Below, in pieces: positions 41,182 through 54,109 of a stretch of 64,000 nt of DNA; position 1 is the stretch's first letter, and each line of letters opens with the position of its first letter. The position numbers were made by a program, and so were the translations under genes. The stretch is from Octopus vulgaris (lineage: Eukaryota), in contig OX597818.1 of NCBI GenBank assembly GCA_951406725.2, positions 28,706,001 to 28,770,000 of the forward strand, in the 5' to 3' direction. The notes beneath the pieces are model-generated. The model saw nothing but the letters and a program-made list of their open reading frames with translations, had not been told where the DNA came from and did no database searches.

Positions 41182-41787
41182 ATACATATGATATGCTGAA
41201 AATATGTCACTCTCAACCATCATTTTAGCCAATTTGTATAAGCAAACAAGTATATTCCTTACATATTTATTTTATTACAATAAACTTGTGAAGTTTAATG
41301 ATGTTTTCTTTTTTTATAATTAAGCCCTTAAATACCAAAGATATATTATATGATGTTTATACATCAACTCTGTATAAAGATGTATACACATCTATGAACT
41401 GTGCAGCACTTTGCATATGTGTCTTCCATTGTAATCCAGGACCAACCGATGATTAGTGAATAAATTTGATTGATGAAAACTGGCTGGAATCCTGTTGCAT
41501 GTGTGTGTGTGTGTGTTCATGTTTATGTTTGTCCATCCTCACACTGCTTGATCACCAGAGTTGGTTTGCCTACATTCTCAGTTTGGTGAAAAAAGATTGC
41601 TAGAACAAGTATCTGACTTGACCCCTCAAAATGGTGCCTTATCATGGCTCCAGTTCAATGACTGTGGCAAGTAAAAAGTTTATATATATATATATATATA
41701 AATAATAAATATTAGGGAATGAATCCAAAATTACAGGGAAAAATCAGATTTAGGGTTAAATCCAATTTTATAGTAAAATATTATATA

Positions 41788-42285
<498 letters not shown>

Positions 42286-43104
42286 CACTCCTTCTTCCTT
42301 AGAAAGTCAACACTCTGGAATTTCTTTCATGCCTGTCTATCTGTATATATTGACATACTGATGTACAAGCTGTATATAAACTCATCAATTTTACAACTTT
42401 TGAGAGTCTACACAGGCCAGGAACACACCCTTTCATCCAATTGAAGCACAAAAACAATATCATTCTTATAACAATTCATTTATTCATTTTGTAGTAAGAT
42501 ATAAGAGGAATAATACTGGATCTGAATAAATATTTGCACATGCAATTTACCTATGTAAAAAAGAGTGAAGTAATTTTATGAGAATAAAACTATAAGTTCG
42601 GTTTCTTTTACAAATACACGTTCTAACAATTTGGATTTGAATGTTCTTGCTTCTTAGAAGAAAGTTAAATCAAATTCTAATGAAATGGTTAATAGAAAAG
42701 ATAAAATAACACTTAAAGAATGTATAATTCATCTTTATTTACTGAGTTAAAATCATAGCGATAATAAAAGCGGTTAGCAAAATTAAGGTTAAGAAAAGTA
42801 GATATAAAAGTAAAAGTACTGAAGTAGTGAACACTTTGTCATGAATTCAAATCTTACTGCAGACATTGTGTTATATCAATGAGTAAGGCTCATAACAATG
42901 CATGAAAAAATGTACATAAAATTGAAGAAAAAAATGTCATTTTCTAGCAGAGAAATCAATACAACATAGAATATAATATGAACTGAAAACTCATACTGAA
43001 AAATTATGTTCTAGTATAGAAAGATAACTGGGTAATGCCATTAGTAGGAGAAGTTGGGATGGTGAAAGAGGAGAATGAAGTATTTTATCAGAATAAAAAT
43101 AGGG

Positions 43105-43377
43105 GACACTAAGCTAAATTAAGAGAAATTAATAGAAGTCAAAAGCATTTATGAACAAGACATGAGAAAATGAAAAGGTAACAATGAAGAAAATGAAAAT
43201 GAAAAGATAAGAAAATGAGACAGTGTGAAAGGGTAAGAGTTTTTAATAGATTACATAAACCTTAGACCGCCTGAATAGATACACGAGAAGAAAAATTATG
43301 TATCTTACAAAAAAATACAAATTTAGTATTTCTAATTTATACCTTAGTTTAAGCCTGTTTTACACACACACACACAC

Positions 43378-43414
<37 letters not shown>

Positions 43415-43867
43415 GAATTGACTAAATTATAACAAAAGGAAATTAACTGTTCTTGAAAAGCCAGTATTTACATTCTTATGTAATATTATTAAAAAAGGAA
43501 CAAATCTTTGTCTGTCTTAGGATATGATGCGAATTGGAAGCAAATTGACTTATAATTTGGTAATTTAGTCAGTTCTTCTTCTGTGTGTGTGTGTGTGCAA
43601 GTGCACGTGCACAAAAGACAGGCTTAAACTAGGATATAGATTTAAAATTCTAAATTTGTATTTTGTTGTAAGATACATAGTTTTTCTGCTGGTCTATCTT
43701 TAAGTGTTTTGATGTTTATGTAATCTATTAAATACTCACCTTTTCACACACTCTCATTTTTTCATCTTTTTGTTTTCATTTTCTCAATTGTTACTTCTTC
43801 ATTTTCTCCTGTCTTGTTCATAAGTGCATTTGACTTCTATTAACTTCTCTTAACTTAGTTTGATGTC
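43105..43867. repeat. Long imperfect fold-back (arms about 320 bp, loop about 115 nt)
   Basis: 43105-43440 is a diverged reverse complement of 43555-43867. Confidence 0.88.
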
Positions 43868-45096
43868 TGTGAGATAGTTTTTAGGTAAGAAAACAAAGCA
43901 AAGCTAGTTATAACATATTTAATGCATGGAGAGTTAGAAAATAAACTAGAAATAAATAAGCAGCTAAAAACATCATGATATTAATTAATGATAATATTTT
44001 GATATTTTTATCAGCTCTGAATATATTTTGGCTTTATTATGACCTTATTAGCAAAGACAAGCCTTGATAGTACTTGCTGAAATAGTGATAAAATTACTAA
44101 TTAAAATGCACAATAATCCATATTTTTTTAATAGAAAAATAGAATTGGTAAGAAATTAAATATTTCAAGGTATTTATTTAAGACAAGAATAATCAAGCAC
44201 TTTTGTAGGAACAATGTGATAACTGTTCACAAGCAATGACAAACTTAACCTTGGAACATCTCTAACATGCATTATTGTTGGAAGAATTCCATATATGTAC
44301 AGTGATCTTTTAGTAAGTATATTATAATGGTATAGCATATAAGTATTTCTTTATAGAAAGAATGGTTAAATGTGGGTATAAAAAACACATAGCTTCACAA
44401 TCACCAAGAAGAAAAATGAATTCTAGTACACATAATTTTAGTATTTAAAAAAATGACCTTGGATTTAAAAGGGCTGAAAAGATTGAATTTAAAACTTGAT
44501 AATATCAAGGATTATAATTCTGAATTTATGTATGTATAAATGTGACAGAATGAAATCTGAATACATTGATTCCAATGCAGTAAACTAACAAAGTATATAA
44601 TGAACTTTTGTAAAGTGAACATCACAAATTTTAATCATGAAGTTGTAAATGGTTTCAAGAATATGTTTAATGTGGAAAAAGCCCAATCATAATTGCTGGT
44701 CATTTGTAGAAAATTGGCATGAATTCAAATTCTTAATTTTTTTTCAGGAGATTATTCTAAAATATGTTCCAAAATCAATGATATTTATAACTATGTTGCT
44801 AAATATTCATACTGTGTTTAAATGATGATGACTCATATAAGAGGAAAGAAATACTGAAATTTAACTGGGTTTACTTCATTGATGCAAATGTTTAGTTATA
44901 GATAGACATTTATAAAGACTGAAGATAAATCAAGAAATTGTCAATGAATTATATACAAAAACAAAGCAGTTATAGCATATAACAGAAATCAATAATTTTA
45001 TGGTAGTATCAGATATTTAGTTCAAATCTTCAGTGCTTGCAAAAGTGTCCATGAAATGATGACAAAGAGACTGATTGGTTGCTCACAAGGTTTCAT

Positions 45097-45159
45097 TCAG
45101 TTCTGGAAGCTTCTAGGTTCCTTTTGTTCATCTGAAGAACATAGACCTTCACTGGTAAC
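45097..45159 (-). CDS. Terminal coding exon of tyrosine-motif tail gene (VTSEGLCSSDEQKEPRSFQN*)
   Basis: Strong acceptor ttttattctttcattttgtag|G; phase 0 matches the upstream 23-nt exon; TGA at 45097-45099. Confidence 0.6.
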   Translation of the reverse strand, partial: VTSEGLCSSDEQKEPRSFQN

Positions 45160-45299
45160 CTACAAAATGAAAGAATAAAAATGCACACGAGATCCTGATC
45201 TCTTAAACAGTTATTTGATGCTTGGTAATTTTGAAAGTAATTACATGCTTTGCAGAAAAATAATTGGAAGTAGTAGTAGTAGTAGTAGTAAGGTTATAA

Positions 45300-46330
45300 A
45301 CAAAAAAGATGTGGGTGCAGATCCTGTCATGTAATCCTTTAAAGGCTGACAAATGGTTCGCTGTTAGGATGAAAAGCATTACAGATGAGCTGTCACCCTG
45401 AAATATTCCTGTAGATAATATAACTTTGTTAGTGACTATAGTGGTAGTTCCAGTTCTTATTGATAGTTCTTGTGGACCATGATGTAGTCAGTCCCTTAAT
45501 AACAATGAATATATCATTTAGAACCTCAACAGAATGAGGTGACTCTCTTATCCATAAGTAATAAGCAGAATCAAACAACTTCTTAGAGTCTAACCATACA
45601 GTCAATAAGTTTTAGCAATGCTGTTTTGTTACCTTAAGGAAGGTTTATAAGAAGCTGTTCATCCCAGCCTATGACTCCTTTCTTTCCTCTTGCCTACTCT
45701 TCAGCCACCATATTGCTTATTCCAAAGTGGACGTGGAGGAATGCATTCAAGAAAACTGTATATAATTCATATATAACCTTCAAGTATGCCATGAGCTTGT
45801 AGTTTTTGGTCATATGCTCCTCGTGTTTTGCAACTAGTGTTGTATGTGCAGCTGTCTGTCAATCTAGTACATTAATTTCAGTGTTAATTGTTCCTTTGAA
45901 CAGTTTTTTTCATGGGTTTTCCTATAGAACATGTGCTTTCTGTACCAATAACTATCAGCTCTCTCCAAGATGATTTTCTGGTTTGGTAGATTTTGCAGCA
46001 ACTGTCAGGGGAGTTTACAGTGCGATTCTGATGTGGGGATGAGAGCAAATTTTCTTGGTAATGGTTGTTTATTGTCAGTTGTTTGGCACTGAAGTTTGGA
46101 TAGTTGGAGTATTATAGATCAGTGAAAAATATATGAAGAGTGTTAGAATTTACATAAAGTTTTAATATTCATGAGAGAAAAAGGTGTAATAGATATTTTT
46201 TTGAGATGTGCAGTGTTGTGTTTTGGTGATCTTTAACAAGATTAAGTTATTGGTTCTAATTGCAAGATGCTTTACAGGTTTCCATTTCTGAAGAACTTCA
46301 AGTTGAAACACATATGAATGCTTAGCGATG
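45300..46330 (-). mobile_element. Decayed R4/Dong-like RT fragment (intronic)
   Basis: Minus-strand KKLFDSAY and GIFQGDSSSVMLF (RT QGD motif). Confidence 0.55.
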
Positions 46331-47127
46331 AAAGAATTCATGGTTGTATGTTTCCATTTTGTAAGTTCAGAAACTCATGCAGAGTTTAAACAAAGACAGG
46401 TAGCAAGCCAATTTAGTAACTGAGTGTCTGAGAATTTAAATAACTAATATCAAAAAACTTAATAAGAATTTAAACAAATTAATAAAAACTTAAATATCTA
46501 TATGTAATTCAGCCTAAAACTGCTGTGAAATGAGAAAAATATCAGAACTATATAGTGAATGAAAAATTCTTGATTCTTAAAGATAAATTTAGGTACATAA
46601 AATGATGAGAATAAATTAAATCTAAATCCTCTAATTCCATAAGTATTTTTAGAAATATATAGAAAATCCAAGCTTCACCAATGAATATGGATGAAATGAT
46701 AGTGTACAAATCCTGTACATATATAATCATAACTAAGAAAAAGAGACAAATTTATTTATTATATATAATTCAGAGAAATATAAGTATAAATAGTTTCTTC
46801 TTTCATAGGCTTAGATTTTAGTTTACTATTACTTGCATTATTTTATATACCCATGTTCTGCATATGGATATATGGATATAATCAGGTTAGAATAAAAGAG
46901 AATGTAAGAAACTGTTAATTTAGAAACTGTTAGTTGAGAGTTTAGGATATTTTTGAATGTACAGTTATACTTCCAGAACATATTTGAGAGATGGTTTTCA
47001 ATACATGACATCTTCATTAAGGAAATATTATGAAAGAAGTAAAACCAGTAAAATAGCTTGACTTTAAATACAGTATTAAATTCATGAATAACAATACTTA
47101 CAAAATGAAAGAAGAACTTAATCATAC

Positions 47128-47150
47128 CTCAACTATTCTGACACTATCTA
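47128..47150 (-). CDS. 23-nt micro-exon (V)DSVRIVE, phase 1 to 0
   Basis: tttgttttcttgaaag|TAGATAGTGTCAGAATAGTTGAG|gtatga; the acceptor resembles the exon A acceptors and joins B4 to the terminal exon in frame. Confidence 0.6.
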
Positions 47151-47644
47151 CTTTCAAGAAAACAAAGCATGAATGGTCATTAGAAAAACTTATTTCAAAA
47201 TAAATATGTTTTAAGACAATATCTTCATATAACAACTTATGGATTAATCTCATTTCTTTGTTGTTTTCGTAAATGTCAATAGGGTTGCAACTTTTAGTTT
47301 GTGCAGGTGTAGAATACAACAACTGGGTATAAAATACAGAGTATATAATATATGCAATACATTACAAAGCCCAACAAAAACAAAAAGTGAAATTATATAA
47401 TCAATATTAAAAATAATGAGTTTTCTCAGTGAATAAAAATTAGCATGCAAAATCAACCTAGTAGATGACTGAAATTTATTATGTAGATCAGAAAAAGATG
47501 AAAGATAAAACTGACATCAGTGGTATTTGAGCTCAGAATAGAGTGGGACTAAATTTAACACCTTCAAGTATTTAGTATGGTATTCTACTATATCAGTCAC
47601 TCAAATATATTTTATTGATATTTAAACATAATAATGTTTAAATA

Positions 47645-48203
47645 ACCTCATGGCCTATGCCAGGGGTGTAACCAGTTCACTTATGCGTACCTTCCCTTAA
47701 TTGGACACTAAACTCTGCTTGTGAAGACCTGTTGAGGCAAATCGAAATTGAAATAAAATTCGATGACTGGCATCCATGCTAGTGGATTGCTAAGAGCACC
47801 ATCCGAGCATGATCGTTGCCAGAGTAGCTAACTGGCTTCCATGCCAGTGGCATGTAAAAAGTGCCATTCATGCATGATCGCTACCAGTGTTGCCTTACTG
47901 GCACTTGTGCTGGTGGCATGTGAAAAAAACATTTGAGCGAGGTCGTTGCCAGTGCAGGTGGTATGTACAAAACACCATTTGAGAGTGGCCATTGCCATTA
48001 CTGCCTGACTGGCCCTCGTGCCGGTGGCACATAAAAGCACCCACTACACTCTCGGAGTGGTTGGTATTAGGAAGGGCATCCAGCTGTAGAAACTTTGCCA
48101 GATCAGATTGGAGCCTAGTGTAGCCATCTGATTCACCAGTCCTCAGTCAAATCGTACAAACCATGCTAGCATGGAAAGCAGACGTTAAACGATGATGATG
48201 ATG
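47645..48203 (+). mobile_element. RTE LINE 3' UTR fragment
   Basis: Colinear with 7140-7522; (GAT)n tail. Confidence 0.85.
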
Positions 48204-48685
48204 TTACCATTAAGAGAAGTCATTCACTATCTTCCAATGTTACTTTCATGTCAGTGGTGTCCATGAGCAGGACTGATTGTGGGTACTCAAAACAGTTTCT
48301 GATCAAGATGTGAAACATTCACCATTGCAAATTTGCTCTATACATTATGCTTCATGTCTAGTAATCTCAATACTAGTTTTATCAGTATTTGCTTTATTTG
48401 TGTAAATAGAGCTTACAAAAATATACACATGAACTATACTATTGTAAGGATTAATAGAAGTGCACAATTATGGAATTAATATGAATGTCTAGAAGATGCA
48501 GCTTATATGCAGTTGAATTTTAACATTTTAATGGTTTTCTTTAAATACATGCATATATATACTATTAAGCAGCATATTCCACTCAAGGAATGAGCCAAAC
48601 TTTTTACTAACTTTACCAGGACTGATTCCAATGACAGGGATGATAAATGAATATAATTTTATTAATGGATTGCTTATATACTTAC

Positions 48686-48727
48686 CACTAGGTTTCTTCA
48701 AAACATTAACATAAGCATCATCCAAGT
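48686..48727 (-). CDS. 42-nt micro-exon B4: xLDDAYVNVLKKPS
   Basis: tttttttaatttcttaaag|ACTTGG...CCTAGTG|gtaagt; phase 1-1. Confidence 0.8.
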
Positions 48728-48826
48728 CTTTAAGAAATTAAAAAAATAAATATGTAACATGGCTATAAATAATACCTAAAATATGTTAGCAGTGTGTATA
48801 TATATATAAATTATATATATACATAT

Positions 48827-49346
48827 ATTACATGGAAAAATGTGAGCATGAAAAGTAATATTCTTAAGATTATAAACCTGGAAAAGTATAGGACAAGTTA
48901 TTACACCTGTGAAAGTACAGGACAAACTATTACTTCAAGTAAAGTAAAGAATAAGCAACTTTTTCCTTAAAATATTGCAGCAAAGAATGTCATTTCTTCT
49001 AATTTATCACTCTTCACAGTTTTCATCTTTTAAATTTATTGTACAAAACTGTTGATCTAATTTATAAGTTTGTCTAATTAGTCACTTTTTTCTGTATTTA
49101 AGGTAGTAAATTAGCCAAATTCTATTTAAATAAGTATAGTGTTATTTGTAAACTATAAAAAATGATTTTTAATACTCAAATTTTAATTTTAGTGGCAATG
49201 TTTTAAGTAAAAAGTTTCTTATTCTTTACTTTTCTTGAAGTAATAGTTTGTCCTATACTTTTAAATGTGTAATAACTTGTCCTGGACTTTTCCAGGTTTA
49301 TAATCTTAAGAATATTACTTTTCATGCTCGCATTTTTCCATGTAAT
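48827..49346. repeat. Fold-back element (arms about 150 bp, spacer about 215 nt), MITE-like
   Basis: 48827-48978 is the reverse complement of 49195-49346 with scattered mismatches. Confidence 0.85.
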
Positions 49347-49870
49347 CCATGATTTTTCCACGCATTGCTGTTATAAGTTAATTAATAATGTGTCAGTTAA
49401 TAATTTAAGATTTTACCTTATAAAATACTCAAAGATAATATTTCAATTTTTCCATGTAAGTGATGATAATATTTCAATTTTTTCATGTTTAATTTAAATA
49501 TATGTTTTGATTGAATTAATGGCTGGGATTTTTACTATGTTGTTGGTTGCACAATGGCTCACCAAATGTTACAAACAACAAGACCCCAAAACCATCAGTT
49601 ACCAGACTCACCTTATGTAACCTAATTTTGCAATAAAAAATGACTACTATTGTACTGTCAATTTTATGCAAATATTTGGTTTTTCATAAATTAAAACCAT
49701 TTTATAAACCAAAAAAACTATTTTTAATTTCCAAATTTAAGAAAATGTTCTTGTTACTTTTTTCTATTTATGAATTTGGTTCCTAAATAATCATTAATCA
49801 ATCATACAATCTTCGTCTTAAATTTAATTTTTAGTTACAATTCCACTGAATTTTGTTTTTTAATTTGTTT

Positions 49871-50560
49871 ACATTTTTTTCCATAAATGATAAAACAATG
49901 TCAGGCAATTTGGGAGGAAATTTAGTATGTCTTTTTGTAATGATGTTGTCATTGATTTCATCCCATATATCATCTCTAGTTTTAATCAGTGTGACCTTGC
50001 TCTAGATGTTGGTCCTCTATGAATAACAGCAGCTTTAGAGGAAATTTGTGCCAAATATTTGCTGCCTTTTTTATCTGAAGTTCATTATATCACGTTTGAT
50101 TCTTTTTTCCATATTAAAATTTTGATTAATTAAAAATCTATTAATTTGAATAACAAGATATTTAAATTCAGGAGGAAATTCAATTCTGGAAGTAATTTCA
50201 TGTTCAGTATTGAGTGAACATGTTTCACAATTTTTTGTAAGTGAATATGTTGTGGTTTTAGTAATCAAAAATTTAAATTGTCGAGGACCATTAGTTGGTT
50301 GCAGAAACAATTCTTCTTTTAAATCAATAGGTAGTTGTGATTGTCTACCACAAACAATTGTATTGCAGTTGCAAATTATATTTATAAAGATGTTGCAAGT
50401 ATGTTGATACAATCTAATGCATCTAGCAGTGTCATATTTGATGAATGTAAACTTTTGTTGAGATTACATTTGAAGATAAAGATAAATTTCTTTCCAAAAT
50501 TCATGAGCATATTATTGGCTTCTATCATTAAATCTTCCACCAATAATCCTTTCTAAATTT
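49871..50560 (-). pseudogene. Degenerate intronless ubiquitin-specific protease (peptidase C19-like) remnant
   Basis: LLDALDCINIL (QxDA-like box), CxxC, YLVIQINRF, AAVIHRG...GH (His box, frameshifted) and IWDEINDNII, in USP order. Confidence 0.55.
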
Positions 50561-50899
50561 GCATCAGTGTTTTGAATATGATAAAGAATATTTGCACGTG
50601 TGATTTAGGAAGGGGGATACTTTGGCTGCTATTTTTAGCATGTTGAGCGACCAGATAAAGGCTCTTTCATTGGTTTGATTGCGTGATGAGATTTTTAAAC
50701 ATATATGTAAAATGTATATTTATCATCAGCAGAAGTTTATTATGTATGCAATGAAATTTTAACATCTTCAAAGTTTTAATTTCAATCATACATATATATT
50801 AAGCTGCATATTCTACTCAAAGAAAGAATGAGCCAAACTATTTGCTAATCTTGCTCTAATGAATGTAATTTTTTCTTAATAAATTGCTTATATACTTAC

Positions 50900-50941
50900 T
50901 AGTAGGTTTCTTTGAAACGTTAACGTAAGTACCATCCATGC
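50900..50941 (-). CDS. 42-nt micro-exon B3: xMDGTYVNVSKKPT
   Basis: tttttttaatttcttatag|GCATGG...CCTACTA|gtaagt; phase 1-1. Confidence 0.8.
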
Positions 50942-51186
50942 CTATAAGAAATTAAAAAAAGAACAAATAGCATGGCTATAAATAATATTTAAATTAAGAT
51001 AGTTGTGTACTGATTCTACCATGATAAATACTAATGAGATAGACTCAAACACACTCACACATACATACATGCATATTAATACACAAAAGTTAAAGAGTGA
51101 CATTTTTCGTAATAGTTAGCTGTCTGTCTATTTTAAAGATAGGTTCTAAGATCATGCTGTGTACTAACAATATTGATTGTACTTAC

Positions 51187-51246
51187 TTCGTTGTCCCATT
51201 TCTAAATATTTCGGCTCGCTAACCTCAGCACATTGTTCTTCCACAG
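51187..51246 (-). pseudogene. 60-nt exon A3 with mutated acceptor (AG to TG): xVEEQCAEVSEPKYLEMGQR
   Basis: Homologous to A1; donor gtaagt intact, acceptor ttgatg, Tyr to Cys change; possible cryptic in-frame 15-nt exon at 51187-51201. Confidence 0.65.
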
Positions 51247-53029
51247 CATCAAGAAATTAATTTAAAAAATAGGCATATTTATTGTTTGGAGATGATGATA
51301 TGAATATTTTGATGATACACAGAATGTAGCTGTTATATATATGTATATATAGTAGAATAAGAAATAGAAAGCCATTAGTACAGTATTATATATTTGAAAA
51401 TCTGAATAGAAATGGCGTTTTTGATAATTTTTCCACTTTAATAATTAGATGTCTAGAATCTAGTTAGTTTCATACCTAAAATCAGCTCCCTTTAATTTTG
51501 CTCAGCTTGTTTTCAATTTTGGTGTATTGATACTGTTCTGTATTTTGATTATGCTCAACCAATTACTTTATCTCATAAATTAAAGAATCTGATGTTATTT
51601 GGAATTAAAGTTGGGAAAATCTGATCAATTTTAGCCAATCAACAGACAGTGAGGCATTAACAGCCAGTTATCATGTTAACCACACATTGTGCTGATTCTT
51701 TACACAACGAGATTCACTTCATCCACATGTTTTGTTTGTGTATATCACTGTTTTTTTAAAATTTTCTGGAAGATTTATATCTATCAATTAGAATTTTATT
51801 GTAAATGTTTTTCGTCAATTTTTTAAATATTTTACTTATTCTTTTATATATTTTTCATATATATTTTACATATATTTCATGAAGTTTTTCTGTGTTTTTC
51901 TGTTTTTACTGTTGCTTTGAATAGCCACATCCACATTCACATTCAAGCCATTTAATTGTACCACTCTGAAGGAGATTTTGAAAACAGAGGTGGATGCAAT
52001 AAATTATAAAGTCACTCCTAGATGTGCTCCATTCTCTGATGCCCAGACATTCTCTGTCCCCCCTCTCTGTCATTTCTACTGTACTATATGGCTTCTGCTC
52101 CTTGCAGCTAGCTGAGCTCACCTCACCTCTCAAACGTTCCCATCCCATTTGCCTCTTCTCTTTTCATTATCCCTCTTATGTCCAACCCCATCCAGCCCTA
52201 CCTAAAAGGCCTCATACTTATGGATATGCTCAGTTTTTCCTCCCCAAAATGGTTTCCCTCAAGAAATCCTTCCCTGCTCATATCTTTCCCACAAATGTTG
52301 GTTTATGAAGGTTCACAAGGCACATCAATGTCCTTAATCATTAACCTCATTCATCCAGATGGTCTGTGAAGGGCATAGGCAATGTCCCTTTTTCAAACCC
52401 AACATAGGTAGAAGACAAAATATAAAAAAAGATCAAACCAAAACTAGGCTGAAAGATTCTTGCTCAAGGTGTGATGGAGTTAGATTGAACTCAATACTAA
52501 CATGTCAGGATTATGATGTGAACTTATTAATCACCTGGTCGTGTACCCCTCCCACAAACCTGTCAGAGATGTAGAAGCAAAACTGTACACGTGGTGGGCA
52601 AGTAATGTAATTGGTAGGTTTGGATCCAGCTGAGGTAGAAATAATAAACCCCATGGAACTGAAGCTGGCAGAATGAATCAGAATCAAAATTATTTCCTAA
52701 ATGATATGGAAGGAAAAAAGGGCACAGAATTACGGGTTGGGATGTGAAAGACAGAGATTGTGAGGAAATTTTCCATTGTATGAAACATAAAATGATTAAA
52801 AACAAAATGAAGGAAACCTGCCCATCTCACTTTTCTTTTTCCATGAGGTATGGAACTTTGAAGGACAGTTGTTCCAAAAATTATGTCCAGAATGGAGTGC
52901 CAGACTAAATGCTTTGTTCTATTTAGTTATGTTCCTCTGCATTCTGAATTCAAATCTCACACAAGTCAGCTTTAACTTTAATCCATCAGGTATCAATAAA
53001 ATAAATTATACTAGAATAGCTTGCCAATA

Positions 53030-54105
53030 ACATCACATTTCTCCTTTCTTTTGATTATCTTTATTCTTCTTTTGGAAAAGGGGATTATCACATTGACTCT
53101 TCTTCCTTTTGTTTTTGTACAGGTGCATTATACATGCATCTTTGAACTGCTGGGGAACAGATCCAGTTTCCCAGATCAAACAGATCAATTTGCACAGCTT
53201 ATTTACAATTTGACTGCAACCATGCTTGGACACCTCTATGGGAATATCGTCTTGTCCAAGATCTTTACCATTGGAAAGTTTTTCAATAACAGTACTTGTC
53301 TCTTCCAAGGAAGGATGTTCCACTAGTTCTTCAGCACTGCTAGTGGATTCTTGATTTGATACAGATGTAAAGTGTTCAGGTAATCTTTTTAGAATTTCAT
53401 CTTTCCTTCTTATGAGTTGTGTTACATCATTTGAGGTAGTACAGAATCTATTCTGTACTACCTTTTTTGGACCAAACACATTTTTCAGAATGTTATACAG
53501 TGTTCTCAAGTTGTGAGAGTTAGCAGCCTGTTCCAATTCTTGGGCTTGTTTCGTCCACCAAACTTTTCATCTCATGCAGTTTTCTGCATAGATTTTCTCT
53601 AGAGATGTATAGGAATCTGGATGTTGGCAAGTATTTGTCTGAGATCCATGTCTTTTGTCTCTTGTGCAAAGTTTCTAGGAGAGGTTTAATTTGAGAATCA
53701 TTCTTGTTGGTGTTTGTGCTTCACAAATCCTAGAACTACTTCAGCAGATGATTTGATGCTGTCATGTATATTGTGCCACCATATTTTAGGCATTCCTCTA
53801 TTTCTGCAATCTTTGAATTTAAATGTATTTCAAAATTTTTTATCATTTCTAGATTTTTTAAAGAAGCAATGTTTATTCTTGGATGTAAACTGGATTTTAG
53901 TGGCCTCTTTCCATATAGTTTAACAAATGCCTTGCTGTGAATCATTCTGTGATCCAAGTAACACTTGGATGTTATGTGAGTTCTGGTGAACCCGAAATCA
54001 CTGCAATCATTGTTCTTAGTTATAACATAGTCCACATATATCAGTGACTAGATCAGGGATGCTTCCAGGCACTTTTGTATTTATTTGCCTACATAAACAC
54101 TGCAT
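53030..54105 (-). mobile_element. Decayed RTE/BovB-like LINE fragment
   Basis: DYVIT...DHRMI; GKDLGQDDIP.E...IWETGSVPQQFKDACIMHLYKNK. Confidence 0.75.
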
Positions 54106-54109
54106 CTGG

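Noticed and set aside
47090-47120. Extra GTAAGT donor (and GTGAGT near 49606)
   Set aside because: No convincing matching acceptor or frame and no homology to the exon units.
48528-48725. ORFs 48528-48725 and 61011-61217 as standalone paralogous small proteins
   Set aside because: They are exon B read through the GTAAGT donor into duplicated intron sequence.
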